64,000 bases of DNA from Chloroflexota bacterium (GTDB taxonomy: Bacteria > Chloroflexota > Anaerolineae > Anaerolineales > Anaerolineaceae). Below the pieces are notes generated by a model. It was not told the origin of the DNA and made no database searches. It was given only the letters and a program-made list of their open reading frames with translations. The translations under genes were made by a program, and so were the position numbers. The stretch lies in the NCBI GenBank assembly GCA_016838895.1, contig JAEKNU010000018.1, forward strand, positions 2,207 through 66,206, given 5' to 3'. Below are positions 35,547 through 44,239 of the stretch, in pieces; the stretch's first letter is position 1, and each line of letters begins with the position of its first letter.

Positions 35547-35574
35547 TTGACAGTCTAAAAAAATGCGCTATACT
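35547..35574 (+). promoter_or_regulatory. sigma70-type promoter TTGACA-N16-TATACT
   Basis: -35 at 35547-35552 and -10 at 35569-35574, upstream of the AAAGGAG RBS and ATG 35620. Confidence 0.55.
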
Positions 35575-35619
35575 GACAGAAGAGGGCGCGGAGTTCCTTT
35601 AACAAAGGAGAATTATGGC

Positions 35620-36048
35620 ATGAAGATGTCATTTTGGGATGTACTATCTATACTTGGACTACTCTCAATATGTTTATTGGGTGCCGTATTTACAAGTATA
35701 TTTGTTTCCCCGAATAATTTTTTGAATCCGTTTCCCCCCCCAAGCTTGCCCGATATAGTAGCGATTCCAACTTCATCACCCACATTGTTGAAGTTACCAC
35801 CAACCTGGACATCTACGCCAGGCGGTGAAGGCGATGCTACGATTACATTAGCTCCATCCCAGACGATGCCGCCAACATCCACATCCTTTCAATTAGCCAC
35901 GTTTACACCAACGCCCACCTATACGTTTACGCCTTCCAATACATTTACACCTTCCAATACGCCAACGGTTACCAAGACACCTACCCGGAGCAGAACACCT
36001 ACTGTCACACTTACGCCGACACTTACCACGGCAGTACCAGGACCGTGA
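35620..36048 (+). CDS. membrane-anchored Pro/Thr-rich protein (family member 1)
   Basis: ATG 35620 gives MKMSFWDVLSILGLLSICLLGAVFTSIF...LLKLPPTWTSTP, followed by TPTPTYTFTPSNTFTPSNTPTVTKTPTRSRTPTVTLTPTLT. Confidence 0.65.
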   Translation: MKMSFWDVLSILGLLSICLLGAVFTSIFVSPNNFLNPFPPPSLPDIVAIPTSSPTLLKLPPTWTSTPGGEGDATITLAPSQTMPPTSTSFQLATFTPTPTYTFTPSNTFTPSNTPTVTKTPTRSRTPTVTLTPTLTTAVPGP

Positions 36049-36077
36049 ACTAGAAATTCGTGCAGAACTAGAACAAA

Positions 36078-36245
36078 ATGAACGATCGATTTTGGAATCC
36101 TTTATCCGTTTGGGGTTTGTTAATAATTTAGAGCACTACTGCCGCGATGACGATGATTTTTGTTAATTTACATCGTATCTTGAATCCATTTTTACCATAC
36201 ACACAGATTTCTTTGCTTCAACCCCCTGTTTCTACTGCAACCTGA
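36078..36245 (+). pseudogene. decayed third copy of the FWDVLS-type membrane-anchor gene (in-frame TAG, truncated)
   Basis: ATG 36078 encodes MNDRFWNPLSVWGLLII, then TAG (36129-36131). The same frame continues STTAAMTMIFVNLHRILNPFLPYTQISLLQPPVSTAT and stops at TGA 36243-36245. It is colinear with the first ~55 aa of both neighbours. Confidence 0.5.
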
Positions 36246-36312
36246 TCACTTCCCTTAATATAAGCAGTTATGGTAAAGTTAAATGAAGTATCAAGCAATT
36301 TAGTGAGTGATA

Positions 36313-36987
36313 ATGAAAAGTAGCTTCTGGGATGTTTTATCAGTATTAGGATTGTTATCAACCTGCGCTGTAGCTGCAGTGATGTTTATGATATTCACGA
36401 ATCCTACCAGCAGCCTGAATATGTTTCCACCACCCACTGAAATCCCCCAGGTTATCATTCCAAGTTCTACTGCGACCCTGTTAAAGCTGCCGCCCACCTG
36501 GACATCCACGCCAGATTTTCAAGCAACTTCAACTTTAGCAGCAACACAAACCCCTAACCCCAGCAGCACATCATTTGTATTGCCGACCTTTACCACTACA
36601 TCAACACCCAGTCGAACCCCGACCATAACCCTAGAAGCTACGATGACCTATACGCCGGGTGAAGATCAGGCTCAGGAAATCAGTCAATCACCGGTGGATG
36701 GTAGTTCAATGAACACCGGTAACGATTTTGATTTACGTTGGGAAGTAAAAAATATCGGTACCAATGATTGGAACACCGGCTACTATTATGAATATCAAAG
36801 CGGAGTGAAAGGCAGCGGTCCGGAATCATACAATCTTTCCGAGTCTGTTGATGATGGTGAAACCATCACCTTAATTGTAGATATGGTCGCACCATATGAT
36901 GCAGGTAATTACAGCTCAACCTGGGTCTTAAAAAATAACGATGGGGATGCAATCAAGACCCTGATTCTCGTGTTCAGTGTAAAATAG
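36313..36987 (+). CDS. membrane-anchored Pro/Thr-rich protein with C-terminal NBR1/Ig-like domain (family member 2)
   Basis: MKSSFWDVLSVLGLLSTCAVAAVMFMIF...LLKLPPTWTSTP is followed by DFDLRWEVKNIGTNDWNTGYYYEYQSG...ITLIVDMVAPYDAGNYSSTWVLKNNDGD. Confidence 0.7.
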   Translation: MKSSFWDVLSVLGLLSTCAVAAVMFMIFTNPTSSLNMFPPPTEIPQVIIPSSTATLLKLPPTWTSTPDFQATSTLAATQTPNPSSTSFVLPTFTTTSTPSRTPTITLEATMTYTPGEDQAQEISQSPVDGSSMNTGNDFDLRWEVKNIGTNDWNTGYYYEYQSGVKGSGPESYNLSESVDDGETITLIVDMVAPYDAGNYSSTWVLKNNDGDAIKTLILVFSVK

Positions 36988-37032
36988 AGTTTGCAGCATT
37001 GCAACCAATTATATGTTACAGGAGCAGTATTG

Positions 37033-37353
37033 ATGAGTGAGAAAATCTCCCCTGATGTATTTGCGCACCTGGTTGATTTGGCATCTCTGGATTTATCAGA
37101 GAAGGAAGCCGAGTATTTGCGCAGGGAATTAAATCAACAACTACAATCCATTGATGAACTGATTGCCATTCCGCTGGATGCCAGTATTCCGCGCACAACC
37201 CACGGTGTGCAGATGCCAGATGAAACCCGCGCAGCGTTGCGCAAAGATGAATGGAAGCGCTTTGATAATATTCAGGCCATATTGGACCAGGCGCCCGAGA
37301 TGGACGAAGGCACCATTGTCGTGCCAGATATTCCCCACACTTCACTGGAATAA
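37033..37353 (+). CDS. gatC: Asp-tRNA(Asn)/Glu-tRNA(Gln) amidotransferase subunit C
   Basis: ATG 37033 follows an AGGAG. The 106-aa product has HLVDLASLDLSEKEAEYLRRELNQQLQSIDEL. The gene lies immediately upstream of gatA. Confidence 0.85.
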   Translation: MSEKISPDVFAHLVDLASLDLSEKEAEYLRRELNQQLQSIDELIAIPLDASIPRTTHGVQMPDETRAALRKDEWKRFDNIQAILDQAPEMDEGTIVVPDIPHTSLE

Positions 37354-37356
37354 ATT

Positions 37357-38958
37357 ATGCAAATCTGTGATAAATCAGCAACTGAGTTAGCGGATTTGAT
37401 CCGCAAGAAAGAAGTATCGGCAGTTGAAGTGCTGGATTCCTGTTTGCAGCGTATTGAGGCGGTGGACGGCCGTCCGGGTGCAATTCGGGAAACAGCGGAT
37501 CAATTGCTGGATGCGGATAAAGAAAAAGTGCACGCCTTCATTACCCTGACCGCTGAGCGTGCCAGGCAACAGGCTGCCAAAATTGACAAGAAAATTCAGC
37601 AAGGCGAAGAAGTAGGAAGCCTGGCCGGAGTCCCTTTTACTGTAAAAGACATATTTTGTGTAAAAGGTACGCCTTCAACCGCAGCTTCTAAAATTCTGGC
37701 GAATTTTGTGGCACCCTACACGGCAACCGCCGTGGAACGGCTGGAAGCCGCCGGAGGCGTCATGCTGGGTAAGGTTAACCTGGATGAATTCACCTATGGC
37801 TCTTCCAATGAATCGACTGCTTTTCAACCTGCCCCGCGTAATCCATGGGATACAACCCGTGTTCCGGGTGGATCATCCGGCGGTAGTGTTTCCTCAGTGG
37901 CAGCCGGTGAAGCGCCGCTTTCTTTAGGTACTGATACGGCCGGATCCATTCGGCAGCCGGCAGGGTTCACTGGTGTGGTGGGTGTCAAACCGACTTATGG
38001 CCGTGTCTCTCGATATGGGCTGATTGCTTTCGGCTCCTCGCTGGATTGTCCCGGTCCGGTGGCACGCAATACCCGTGATGCCGCCCTGATGCTGGAAGCC
38101 ATGGCTGGAGCGGATCACCGCGACAGTACCGCCACAACCCGCCCTGTACCCAAATATACAGAGACCATTGAGGATTCGATTAAAGGTAAACGCATCGGCC
38201 TATCGCCGGACTATTTCATGGTCACTTACCCTGACCCTGAAACGGGCGAGTATCTGCAAAACCCCATCCCGGATGTGATGAAACGGGCCGTGATGCAAGC
38301 AGCAGAACTACTGGCCAAAGCTGGTGCCGAGATCGTGGAAGATGTGCCTATGCCGAATACCCGTTATGGTATTCCAGCTTACTTTGTCATCAGCCGCGTG
38401 GAAGCCGCCTCCAACCTGCACCGTTTTGATGGGGTCAAGTACGGCTATCGCACTGATCATCATGAAGATGACCTGCAGAAGCTGTACCGCCGCTCGCGCG
38501 GGGAAGGATTTGGCTTGCAGCCCAAATTACGTATTTTAATGGGTATGTATGTCAGCGCCGCCCAATACAGCGAACAGTATTACAAGCGTGCCCAGCAGGT
38601 ACGTGCCATGATCCGCAATGATTTTGACGTGGTCTTTGATATGCAAGGCAAGTATAAACTGGACAGTCTGCTGACACCCACGACGCCGACCAGTGCCTTC
38701 CCGATGGGAGACATATACGGCGACTCTGTGATGATGCAGTACTCGGATCAGTTCAATGTACCTGCCAATCATGCCGGTATTCCGGGCATTGCAATCCCGG
38801 CCGGGTTCGATGAAAAACGCCTGCCAATCAGTATTCAATTCCTGGGACAGGATTTCTCTGAAGCATCGTTATTCCAGTTTGCCCGTCAATATGAGATCGC
38901 CACAGAAAATGAAGCCTGGCGTGCAGAACGTCCGCTTGTACTGAAGGAACAGGTATAG
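37357..38958 (+). CDS. gatA: Asp-tRNA(Asn)/Glu-tRNA(Gln) amidotransferase subunit A
   Basis: 533 aa with the amidase signature GGSSGGSVSSVAAGEAPLSLGTDTAGSIRQPA. Confidence 0.9.
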   Translation: MQICDKSATELADLIRKKEVSAVEVLDSCLQRIEAVDGRPGAIRETADQLLDADKEKVHAFITLTAERARQQAAKIDKKIQQGEEVGSLAGVPFTVKDIFCVKGTPSTAASKILANFVAPYTATAVERLEAAGGVMLGKVNLDEFTYGSSNESTAFQPAPRNPWDTTRVPGGSSGGSVSSVAAGEAPLSLGTDTAGSIRQPAGFTGVVGVKPTYGRVSRYGLIAFGSSLDCPGPVARNTRDAALMLEAMAGADHRDSTATTRPVPKYTETIEDSIKGKRIGLSPDYFMVTYPDPETGEYLQNPIPDVMKRAVMQAAELLAKAGAEIVEDVPMPNTRYGIPAYFVISRVEAASNLHRFDGVKYGYRTDHHEDDLQKLYRRSRGEGFGLQPKLRILMGMYVSAAQYSEQYYKRAQQVRAMIRNDFDVVFDMQGKYKLDSLLTPTTPTSAFPMGDIYGDSVMMQYSDQFNVPANHAGIPGIAIPAGFDEKRLPISIQFLGQDFSEASLFQFARQYEIATENEAWRAERPLVLKEQV

Positions 38959-38962
38959 TCAT

Positions 38963-40033
38963 TTGAAACGGCAGATGCATCGTTCAATGCGAATTCCTTT
39001 CCGATTTATTCTGCTTGGCTTGCTGCTGGCTGTCTTGCTGTCTGCTTGTGAAGGGCAAACCATTGTGATTCCCTGGCAGGGAAAGACAATTGAGATCGTG
39101 CCCAGATGGCAGATGGCTGCAGTGGAAGAAGTGCAGTTAACCAGCACACTGACACCTTTTCAACCCATTCAGGATAGCAACGGACAGGTTGGCCTGACGT
39201 CTGCAGCAGAACAGCAACTCAGCACGGCTAGCGAAACGATGACTGCAACTGTAAACCTGATGAGCCAGACTCCTGGGGAAGGAACGCCCAGCCTGACACA
39301 GACGGTAACTGTAACCGGCACAGTGTTGACCAATACTATTACTCAAACCGTGGTAATAAGCCAGACAATAACGCCAACACCCAGTAAAACACAAAGCGGT
39401 ACGTTGGCGCTCTCAACAGCAACCACAAAACCATCGGCAACATCCAGCCGTACAGCAACACGTACCAGAACAATGCTGCCGCCCAGTATTACCCGAACCC
39501 GGACGCATACCAATATGCCGGCCACTTCAACCTACACACTGGCGCCAGTCAACACCAGTACCTTTACCGTGATGGAGAATACGCGTACCAGCACAAATAC
39601 TTCGGTACCCTCCAGTTGTGTGTATAACGGAAACAGCAGTTATGAAAGTACGTTGATTGGGCTAATCAATGATTTGCGAACCTCACTGGGATTAACGCCC
39701 TATGGCAGCAATGCACTATTGGGTAATGCCGCCCGCGGACACTCACAGGATATGGCCTGTAATAATTATTTCAGCCATACCGGTTTGGACGGCTCCACTT
39801 CGGCTTCACGTGTGGCGGCTGCCGGATATTCCTACTCCTGGGTGGGTGAGAATATTTACGCCGGATCGGGAAGTAATGGTACGCCGCAAATGGCATTTAA
39901 TTACTGGGTAAATAGTGATGCTCATTACGCCAATATGACCAACTCAAATTACACCGAGATTGGCATAGGATTTATTACCTGTGCTGATAGTTATTATAAA
40001 AACTATTTCACTGCCAATTTTGCCAGGCCGTAA
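38963..40033 (+). CDS. CAP (SCP/PR-1, YkwD-like) domain lipoprotein with Thr/Ser-rich linker
   Basis: Signal and lipobox LLLAVLLSAC, then a long T/S/R-rich region. The C-terminal part GNAARGHSQDMACNNYFSHTGLDGS...GENIYAG...YWVNSDAHYANM is a CAP domain. Possible starts are TTG 38963 and ATG 38975 or 38987. Confidence 0.75.
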   Translation: MKRQMHRSMRIPFRFILLGLLLAVLLSACEGQTIVIPWQGKTIEIVPRWQMAAVEEVQLTSTLTPFQPIQDSNGQVGLTSAAEQQLSTASETMTATVNLMSQTPGEGTPSLTQTVTVTGTVLTNTITQTVVISQTITPTPSKTQSGTLALSTATTKPSATSSRTATRTRTMLPPSITRTRTHTNMPATSTYTLAPVNTSTFTVMENTRTSTNTSVPSSCVYNGNSSYESTLIGLINDLRTSLGLTPYGSNALLGNAARGHSQDMACNNYFSHTGLDGSTSASRVAAAGYSYSWVGENIYAGSGSNGTPQMAFNYWVNSDAHYANMTNSNYTEIGIGFITCADSYYKNYFTANFARP

Positions 40034-40066
40034 GGCAGACAGAAAGTCAGATACGGAAGGTTGCAT

Positions 40067-41518
40067 ATGACAACATATGAAGCAGTAATCGGACTGGAGA
40101 CACATATCCAGTTGAACACCAATACAAAGATATTTTGCTCCTGCAAGGCAGATTCATGGGGAGCAGAAGCCAACAGCAATGTTTGCCCGGTCTGTACCGG
40201 ATTGCCCGGCGTGCTGCCTGTATTCAATGCAGCCGTGGCTGAGAAAGGCGTCATCCTGGCGCATGCCATGCACGCCGATGTACAGAATGTTTCCATATTT
40301 GACCGCAAAAATTATTTCTACCCTGATCTACCCAAGGGATATCAGATTTCGCAGTTTTTTAAACCGATTGCCCTGGGCGGATATCTGGATGTACCCATAC
40401 CGGCGGAAGGCGATAACGAAGCTTATTCCCGCAAGGTGGGTATCAACCGCTTGCATCTGGAAGAAGATGCCGGGAAATCGAAGCATGCTTATGGCAAAAT
40501 GCAGGTGGATTTCAATCGCTGCGGCGTACCATTGGTGGAAATGGTCACCGAGCCTGATATTCGCACAGCCAAAGAAGCCTCGCAATATCTGACGCGACTG
40601 CGCCAACTGCTGCGCTGGCTGGGTATCTCCGAGGCGGATATGGAAAAGGGCCATCTGCGCTGTGATGCCAATGTCTCCATTCGTGAGAAGGGCAGTAACG
40701 TGTTGAACACGAAAACCGAGATCAAGAATGTGAACTCGATTGCTGCTGTTGAAGAAGCCATCGTTAAGGAAATCGCGCGTCAGATCAAACTGGCCGAGAA
40801 GGGTGAAGAAGTACGCCCCTGGACACTGGAATGGGACGATGATGCCGGTGAACTGCGCAAGATGCGCTCCAAAGAGACCGCCGCGGATTATCGCTATTTC
40901 CAGGAACCGGATTTATTGGAAGTGAAGCTGAGCGATAAAGAGATCGCCAACATGTTGAAGGATTTCCCTGAAATGCCGTTGGAACGCTGCCAGCGCTTTG
41001 AAGCTGAGTATGAATTACCCACTTACGATGCTGAAGTTTTAACTGCTGACCGCGTGCTCTCCGAGTATTTTGAAACGGCAATCAAAGCCTATGGTGGAGA
41101 TGCCAAGAAGGTCTCCAACTGGGTGATGAACGACATATCGCGGATGATGAATGATGAAGGTATCAGCGCTGAACAGCTTAAACTAACCCCGCAGGGATTG
41201 GCTGATATGTTGAAGATGCTGGATGAAAAGAAGATCAATCAATCCACCGCCAAGAGTGTCCTGCGTAAGGTACAGGAAAGCGGTAAAACCCCCGAACAGG
41301 TTGTCAAAGAAGAAGGTCTTGGATTGGTTAGTGATGATTCTGCCATCCGTACGGTGTGCGAAAAATTGATAGCCGATAACCCCAAAGAAGTGGAAAGCTA
41401 CCGTGCTGGTAAAGATTCCCTGATCGGTTGGTTTGTAGGCCAGGTAATGCGCGAAATGCGCGGTAAAGCCGACCCGGGTGTGGCGCGTGAAGTATTGCAG
41501 GAATTGTTGCAAGGCTAG
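40067..41518 (+). CDS. gatB: Asp-tRNA(Asn)/Glu-tRNA(Gln) amidotransferase subunit B
   Basis: ATG 40067 follows GGAAGG. MTTYEAVIGLETHIQLNTNTKIFCSC...CPVCTGLPGVLPV and a C-terminal GatB/YqeY tail are present. Confidence 0.9.
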   Translation: MTTYEAVIGLETHIQLNTNTKIFCSCKADSWGAEANSNVCPVCTGLPGVLPVFNAAVAEKGVILAHAMHADVQNVSIFDRKNYFYPDLPKGYQISQFFKPIALGGYLDVPIPAEGDNEAYSRKVGINRLHLEEDAGKSKHAYGKMQVDFNRCGVPLVEMVTEPDIRTAKEASQYLTRLRQLLRWLGISEADMEKGHLRCDANVSIREKGSNVLNTKTEIKNVNSIAAVEEAIVKEIARQIKLAEKGEEVRPWTLEWDDDAGELRKMRSKETAADYRYFQEPDLLEVKLSDKEIANMLKDFPEMPLERCQRFEAEYELPTYDAEVLTADRVLSEYFETAIKAYGGDAKKVSNWVMNDISRMMNDEGISAEQLKLTPQGLADMLKMLDEKKINQSTAKSVLRKVQESGKTPEQVVKEEGLGLVSDDSAIRTVCEKLIADNPKEVESYRAGKDSLIGWFVGQVMREMRGKADPGVAREVLQELLQG

Positions 41519-41590
41519 AGGAAATTTATTTTTTTAGCCTTGAAAGGGGCTGCCCGACAATGAGCAGCCGATTGCGGAGTAACTATTGGT

Positions 41591-41992
41591 ATGAGCACAC
41601 AAACATCCCCGGGTGGATCCACCTTTCCCTACTATCATAGGAACGGAGAATTGCATTGCCTGAAATACGGTAGCTTTGCTACCAATGAAAGCGGCTTGCT
41701 TAACTTAATGAAAGAGGAAGAAGCCTTCCTCTCAAAACCGCATATCAAAATACCAGTCTGGGTGGATTTTTATGAAACCAAGCTCACGGAACCCATTCTG
41801 GAAGAATTTCTGCAAAGCATGGACCGCCTGCAGCCGCATATCATCAAGTTGGCGCTGGTTGGCATGTCCAGTAAGGATAAGCAGCGCTATCACCGCATTG
41901 AGAAGAAACTGGGGGTTAAGTTTTCTATTGCGGTCAAATTTTTCAATAATCCGGAAGTTGCGAAAGGGTGGTTGGTCAGTGAGGGATCGTAG
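41591..41992 (+). CDS. hypothetical protein
   Basis: 133-aa ORF with no motif recognised. Confidence 0.4.
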   Translation: MSTQTSPGGSTFPYYHRNGELHCLKYGSFATNESGLLNLMKEEEAFLSKPHIKIPVWVDFYETKLTEPILEEFLQSMDRLQPHIIKLALVGMSSKDKQRYHRIEKKLGVKFSIAVKFFNNPEVAKGWLVSEGS

Positions 41993-42083
41993 AAAAAATT
42001 TTGTTATGCTTTCATCATTGGTGGTTTAATGCACGAAACAGTAATTGCCATACATAATAACCATCGTTCTTATCCGAAATACT

Positions 42084-42136
42084 CACCCCCTCTAAGTCTC
42101 CCCTGAAACCCGCTTTTTGGATTTCAGGGTAGACTT
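42084..42136. repeat. 53-nt hairpin repeat, copy A
   Basis: caccccctctaaGtctcccc-tgaaacccgctttttggatttca-gggTagactt. It shares both flanks with copy C and lies 36 nt upstream of DUF559. Confidence 0.7.
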
Positions 42137-42172
42137 GGAAATTGCTATAATAGTTAAAAAAAGGGGATAACC

Positions 42173-42523
42173 ATGCACCGCCGCACCGACCCTCAAACCT
42201 ACAGCTTTGCCCGTGAGCTACGCAAAGCTCAAACCAAAGCAGAGCAAACCCTCTGGCAGGTAATTCGCTTTAAGCAAATCAACGGCATCCGATTCCGACG
42301 TCAGCACGCCATCGGCCCCTACATCGTAGACTTTTGCTCTCCATCCAAGAAACTAATCATCGAAGTGGATGGTGGTCAGCACTTGGAGCAAAAAGAGTAT
42401 GACGCACAGCGCACGGAATTTCTGCAATCCAAGGGCTATCGTGTATTACGTTTCTGGAATAATGATGTAATGAATAATCTTGAAGGGGTGATTCAGGAGA
42501 TTATTCAAACAATTGATTTTTAA
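42173..42523 (+). CDS. DUF559 (Vsr-like endonuclease fold) domain protein
   Basis: 116 aa. ARELRKAQTKAEQTLWQVIR...FRRQHAIGPYIVDFCSPSKKLIIEVDGGQH...YRVLRFWNNDV is the canonical DUF559 pattern. Confidence 0.85.
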   Translation: MHRRTDPQTYSFARELRKAQTKAEQTLWQVIRFKQINGIRFRRQHAIGPYIVDFCSPSKKLIIEVDGGQHLEQKEYDAQRTEFLQSKGYRVLRFWNNDVMNNLEGVIQEIIQTIDF

Positions 42524-42529
42524 AGCCCT

Positions 42530-42558
42530 CCCTATTTTTCGTTTTTGGATAAATGGGG
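42530..42558. repeat. ~30-nt hairpin repeat, copy B
   Basis: ccctatttttcgtttttggataaatgggg shares the core ttCG(c/t)TTTT(t)GGA, flanked by CCC...GGG, with copies A, C (reverse) and D. Confidence 0.6.
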
Positions 42559-42656
42559 AAGCGCCGTACCGAGCTTGTCGAGGTGATTTAGGTGGGGTGA
42601 AGAACGCAAATCAAGAAATCTCTTTAATTTTTCACATACTTCTAAGCCGGCGTACC

Positions 42657-42709
42657 CACCCCCTCTAAATCTCCCCCAAAATTCCAAAAGCGAATTTTAG
42701 GGGAGACTT
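42657..42709. repeat. 53-nt hairpin repeat, copy C
   Basis: caccccctctaaAtctcccc-caaaattccaaaagcgaatttta-gggGagactt. The flanks match copy A, and the central loop is the reverse complement of the A/B/D core. Confidence 0.7.
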
Positions 42710-42773
42710 TAATAAACTCATTTTAAACAGATTGTTTACCAAATTGTCATCATTAATTCTGTTTAAAATTTCT

Positions 42774-42803
42774 CCCAATTTTTCGCTTTTGGAGAAATGG
42801 AGG
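42774..42803. repeat. ~30-nt hairpin repeat, copy D
   Basis: cccaatttttcgcttttggagaaatggagg. It is preceded by tttaaaatttctccc, which mirrors the ttttaaagccctccc at the DUF559 stop. Confidence 0.6.
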
Positions 42804-42846
42804 TGTCTTTTATCCCCCCTTATCCAACTATTCCCGCACCTTCCCC

Positions 42847-42874
42847 TTGACATTTCCTCCCTTTTTGGTAGTAT
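42847..42874 (+). promoter_or_regulatory. promoter TTGACA-N16-(TGg)TAGTAT of the pheST leader
   Basis: -35 at 42847-42852 and an extended -10 at 42866-42874. An alternative TATAAA lies at 42872-42877. Confidence 0.5.
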
Positions 42875-42894
42875 AAAGGCAATACAAAATAACC

Positions 42895-43158
42895 ATGACG
42901 GAGAAAAGTAAACCGTCCGGAACTGACAGGGAAGCAGGTGCACAGATTGAAACGCCTGCCCAGGAAAAGACGTTTGAAGTTCTCTCCCGAGTTGCTCATG
43001 GGAAATTCCACTGGAACGGTAGTGTGAGCCGAATTAGTCCAACGTTAGCCGGACAACCAATCGCTTGATAAGCCGTTGGACTGAGTGGACTGCTTGCAGT
43101 CAACAAGGGTGGTACCGCGGAGTCTCCCCGTCCCTTTTATCAGGGACGGTTTTTTTTA
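42895..43158 (+). promoter_or_regulatory. T-box riboswitch leader (Phe-specific candidate) with terminator
   Basis: The conserved T-box sequence aaGGGTGGTACCGCG is at 43105-43119, followed by the terminator ccgtccct-tttatc-agggacgg (43128-43149) and T8. The Stem I base GGAGA (42900-42904) pairs with UCUCC (42983-42987), with an AAAGUA loop. UUC (42980-42982) sits in the 3' side of that internal loop. Confidence 0.8.
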
Positions 43159-43193
43159 TTAATATACTGAATGTAATCATCGTCGGAGGTTTT

Positions 43194-44234
43194 ATGGAAC
43201 AAACAGATATCCTGCAGGAAATTCAGGGTATTCAGCAACAGGCATTGGATGTGCTCCAGGCTGTTGAGGATGAAAAAGCTTTGGAAGCCTGGCGCGTCAG
43301 CCATTTAGGCCGTTCATCTGCTGTGATGCAGGTCTTCAGCCAGATATCCAAAGTACCGGCAGAACTGCGCCCGCAGGTGGGCCAGGAAGCTAATAAGGTC
43401 AAGGTTGCGCTGGAAGATGCCTTTCAGCAAAAATCGGATGGTATCAAGCAGGCCGCATTGGAACACACCCTCAAATCGGATGTGTTGGATGTAACCATGC
43501 CCGGACGCAGACCGCTGCGCAGCGGCATACATCCTGCCAATCAGACCTTGCGAAAAATTTATAAAATTTTCGGTGACATGGGTTTTCAGGTCTATCGTTC
43601 CCGCGAAGTGGAAACAGATGCTTTTACGTTTGAATACCTGAACATGCCGCCTTATCATCCTGCCCGTGACATGTGGGACACCTTCTACACCACCGAGGAA
43701 GATGTGGTATTGCGCACGCACACCTCCCCAGGACAAATTCATGTTATGCGGGAGAATGCCCCAGAACCGGTACGCGCTATCTTACCCGGTATGTGCTATC
43801 GCTATGAGCAGATCAGTGCGCGTTCCGAAATTCAGTTTAATCAGGTGGAATTGATTGCTATCGGCAAGGATATCACCTTCGGTGACCTGAAAGGCACCCT
43901 GCAGGATTTTGTCAACCGCTTGTTCGCCCGTGAAGTTCGTACGCGCTTCCGTCCCAATCATTTCCCATTCACCGAGCCCAGTGCCGAAATGGATGTAGAA
44001 TGTTTCGTCTGCGGCGGGCAAGGCTGCCCGGTTTGTAAACACGCCGGCTGGCTGGAGATTTTGGGCTGCGGTATGGTGCATCCTGTGGTGATGCAGAATG
44101 GCGGTTACGACCCCAATGTATATACCGGCTTTGCCGCAGGCATGGGTCCCGAACGCATCACCATGTTGTTGAACAAAATTGAAGATATTCGCTATTTCTG
44201 GTCGAATGATATTCGATTCCTGGAGCAGTTTTAA
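43194..44234 (+). CDS. pheS: phenylalanine--tRNA ligase alpha subunit
   Basis: ATG 43194 follows GGAGG. The 346-aa product has class II motifs (HPARDMWDTFY, FRPNHFPFTEPSAEMDV, GFAAGMGPERI). The track start 43065 would run through the T-box terminator. Confidence 0.9.
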   Translation: MEQTDILQEIQGIQQQALDVLQAVEDEKALEAWRVSHLGRSSAVMQVFSQISKVPAELRPQVGQEANKVKVALEDAFQQKSDGIKQAALEHTLKSDVLDVTMPGRRPLRSGIHPANQTLRKIYKIFGDMGFQVYRSREVETDAFTFEYLNMPPYHPARDMWDTFYTTEEDVVLRTHTSPGQIHVMRENAPEPVRAILPGMCYRYEQISARSEIQFNQVELIAIGKDITFGDLKGTLQDFVNRLFAREVRTRFRPNHFPFTEPSAEMDVECFVCGGQGCPVCKHAGWLEILGCGMVHPVVMQNGGYDPNVYTGFAAGMGPERITMLLNKIEDIRYFWSNDIRFLEQF

Positions 44235-44239
44235 GTCCT

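Noticed and set aside
42665-43011. Minus-strand ORFs 42665-42943 (92 aa) and 42820-43011 (63 aa).
   Set aside because: They overlap the hairpin repeats, the pheST promoter and T-box Stem I. They have no RBS, and their peptide composition is implausible.
43065-43193. N-terminal extension of pheS proposed by the ORF track (start 43065).
   Set aside because: The extension would be translated through the T-box sequence, its terminator and the T-run. ATG 43194 has a GGAGG RBS and gives a normal PheS N-terminus.
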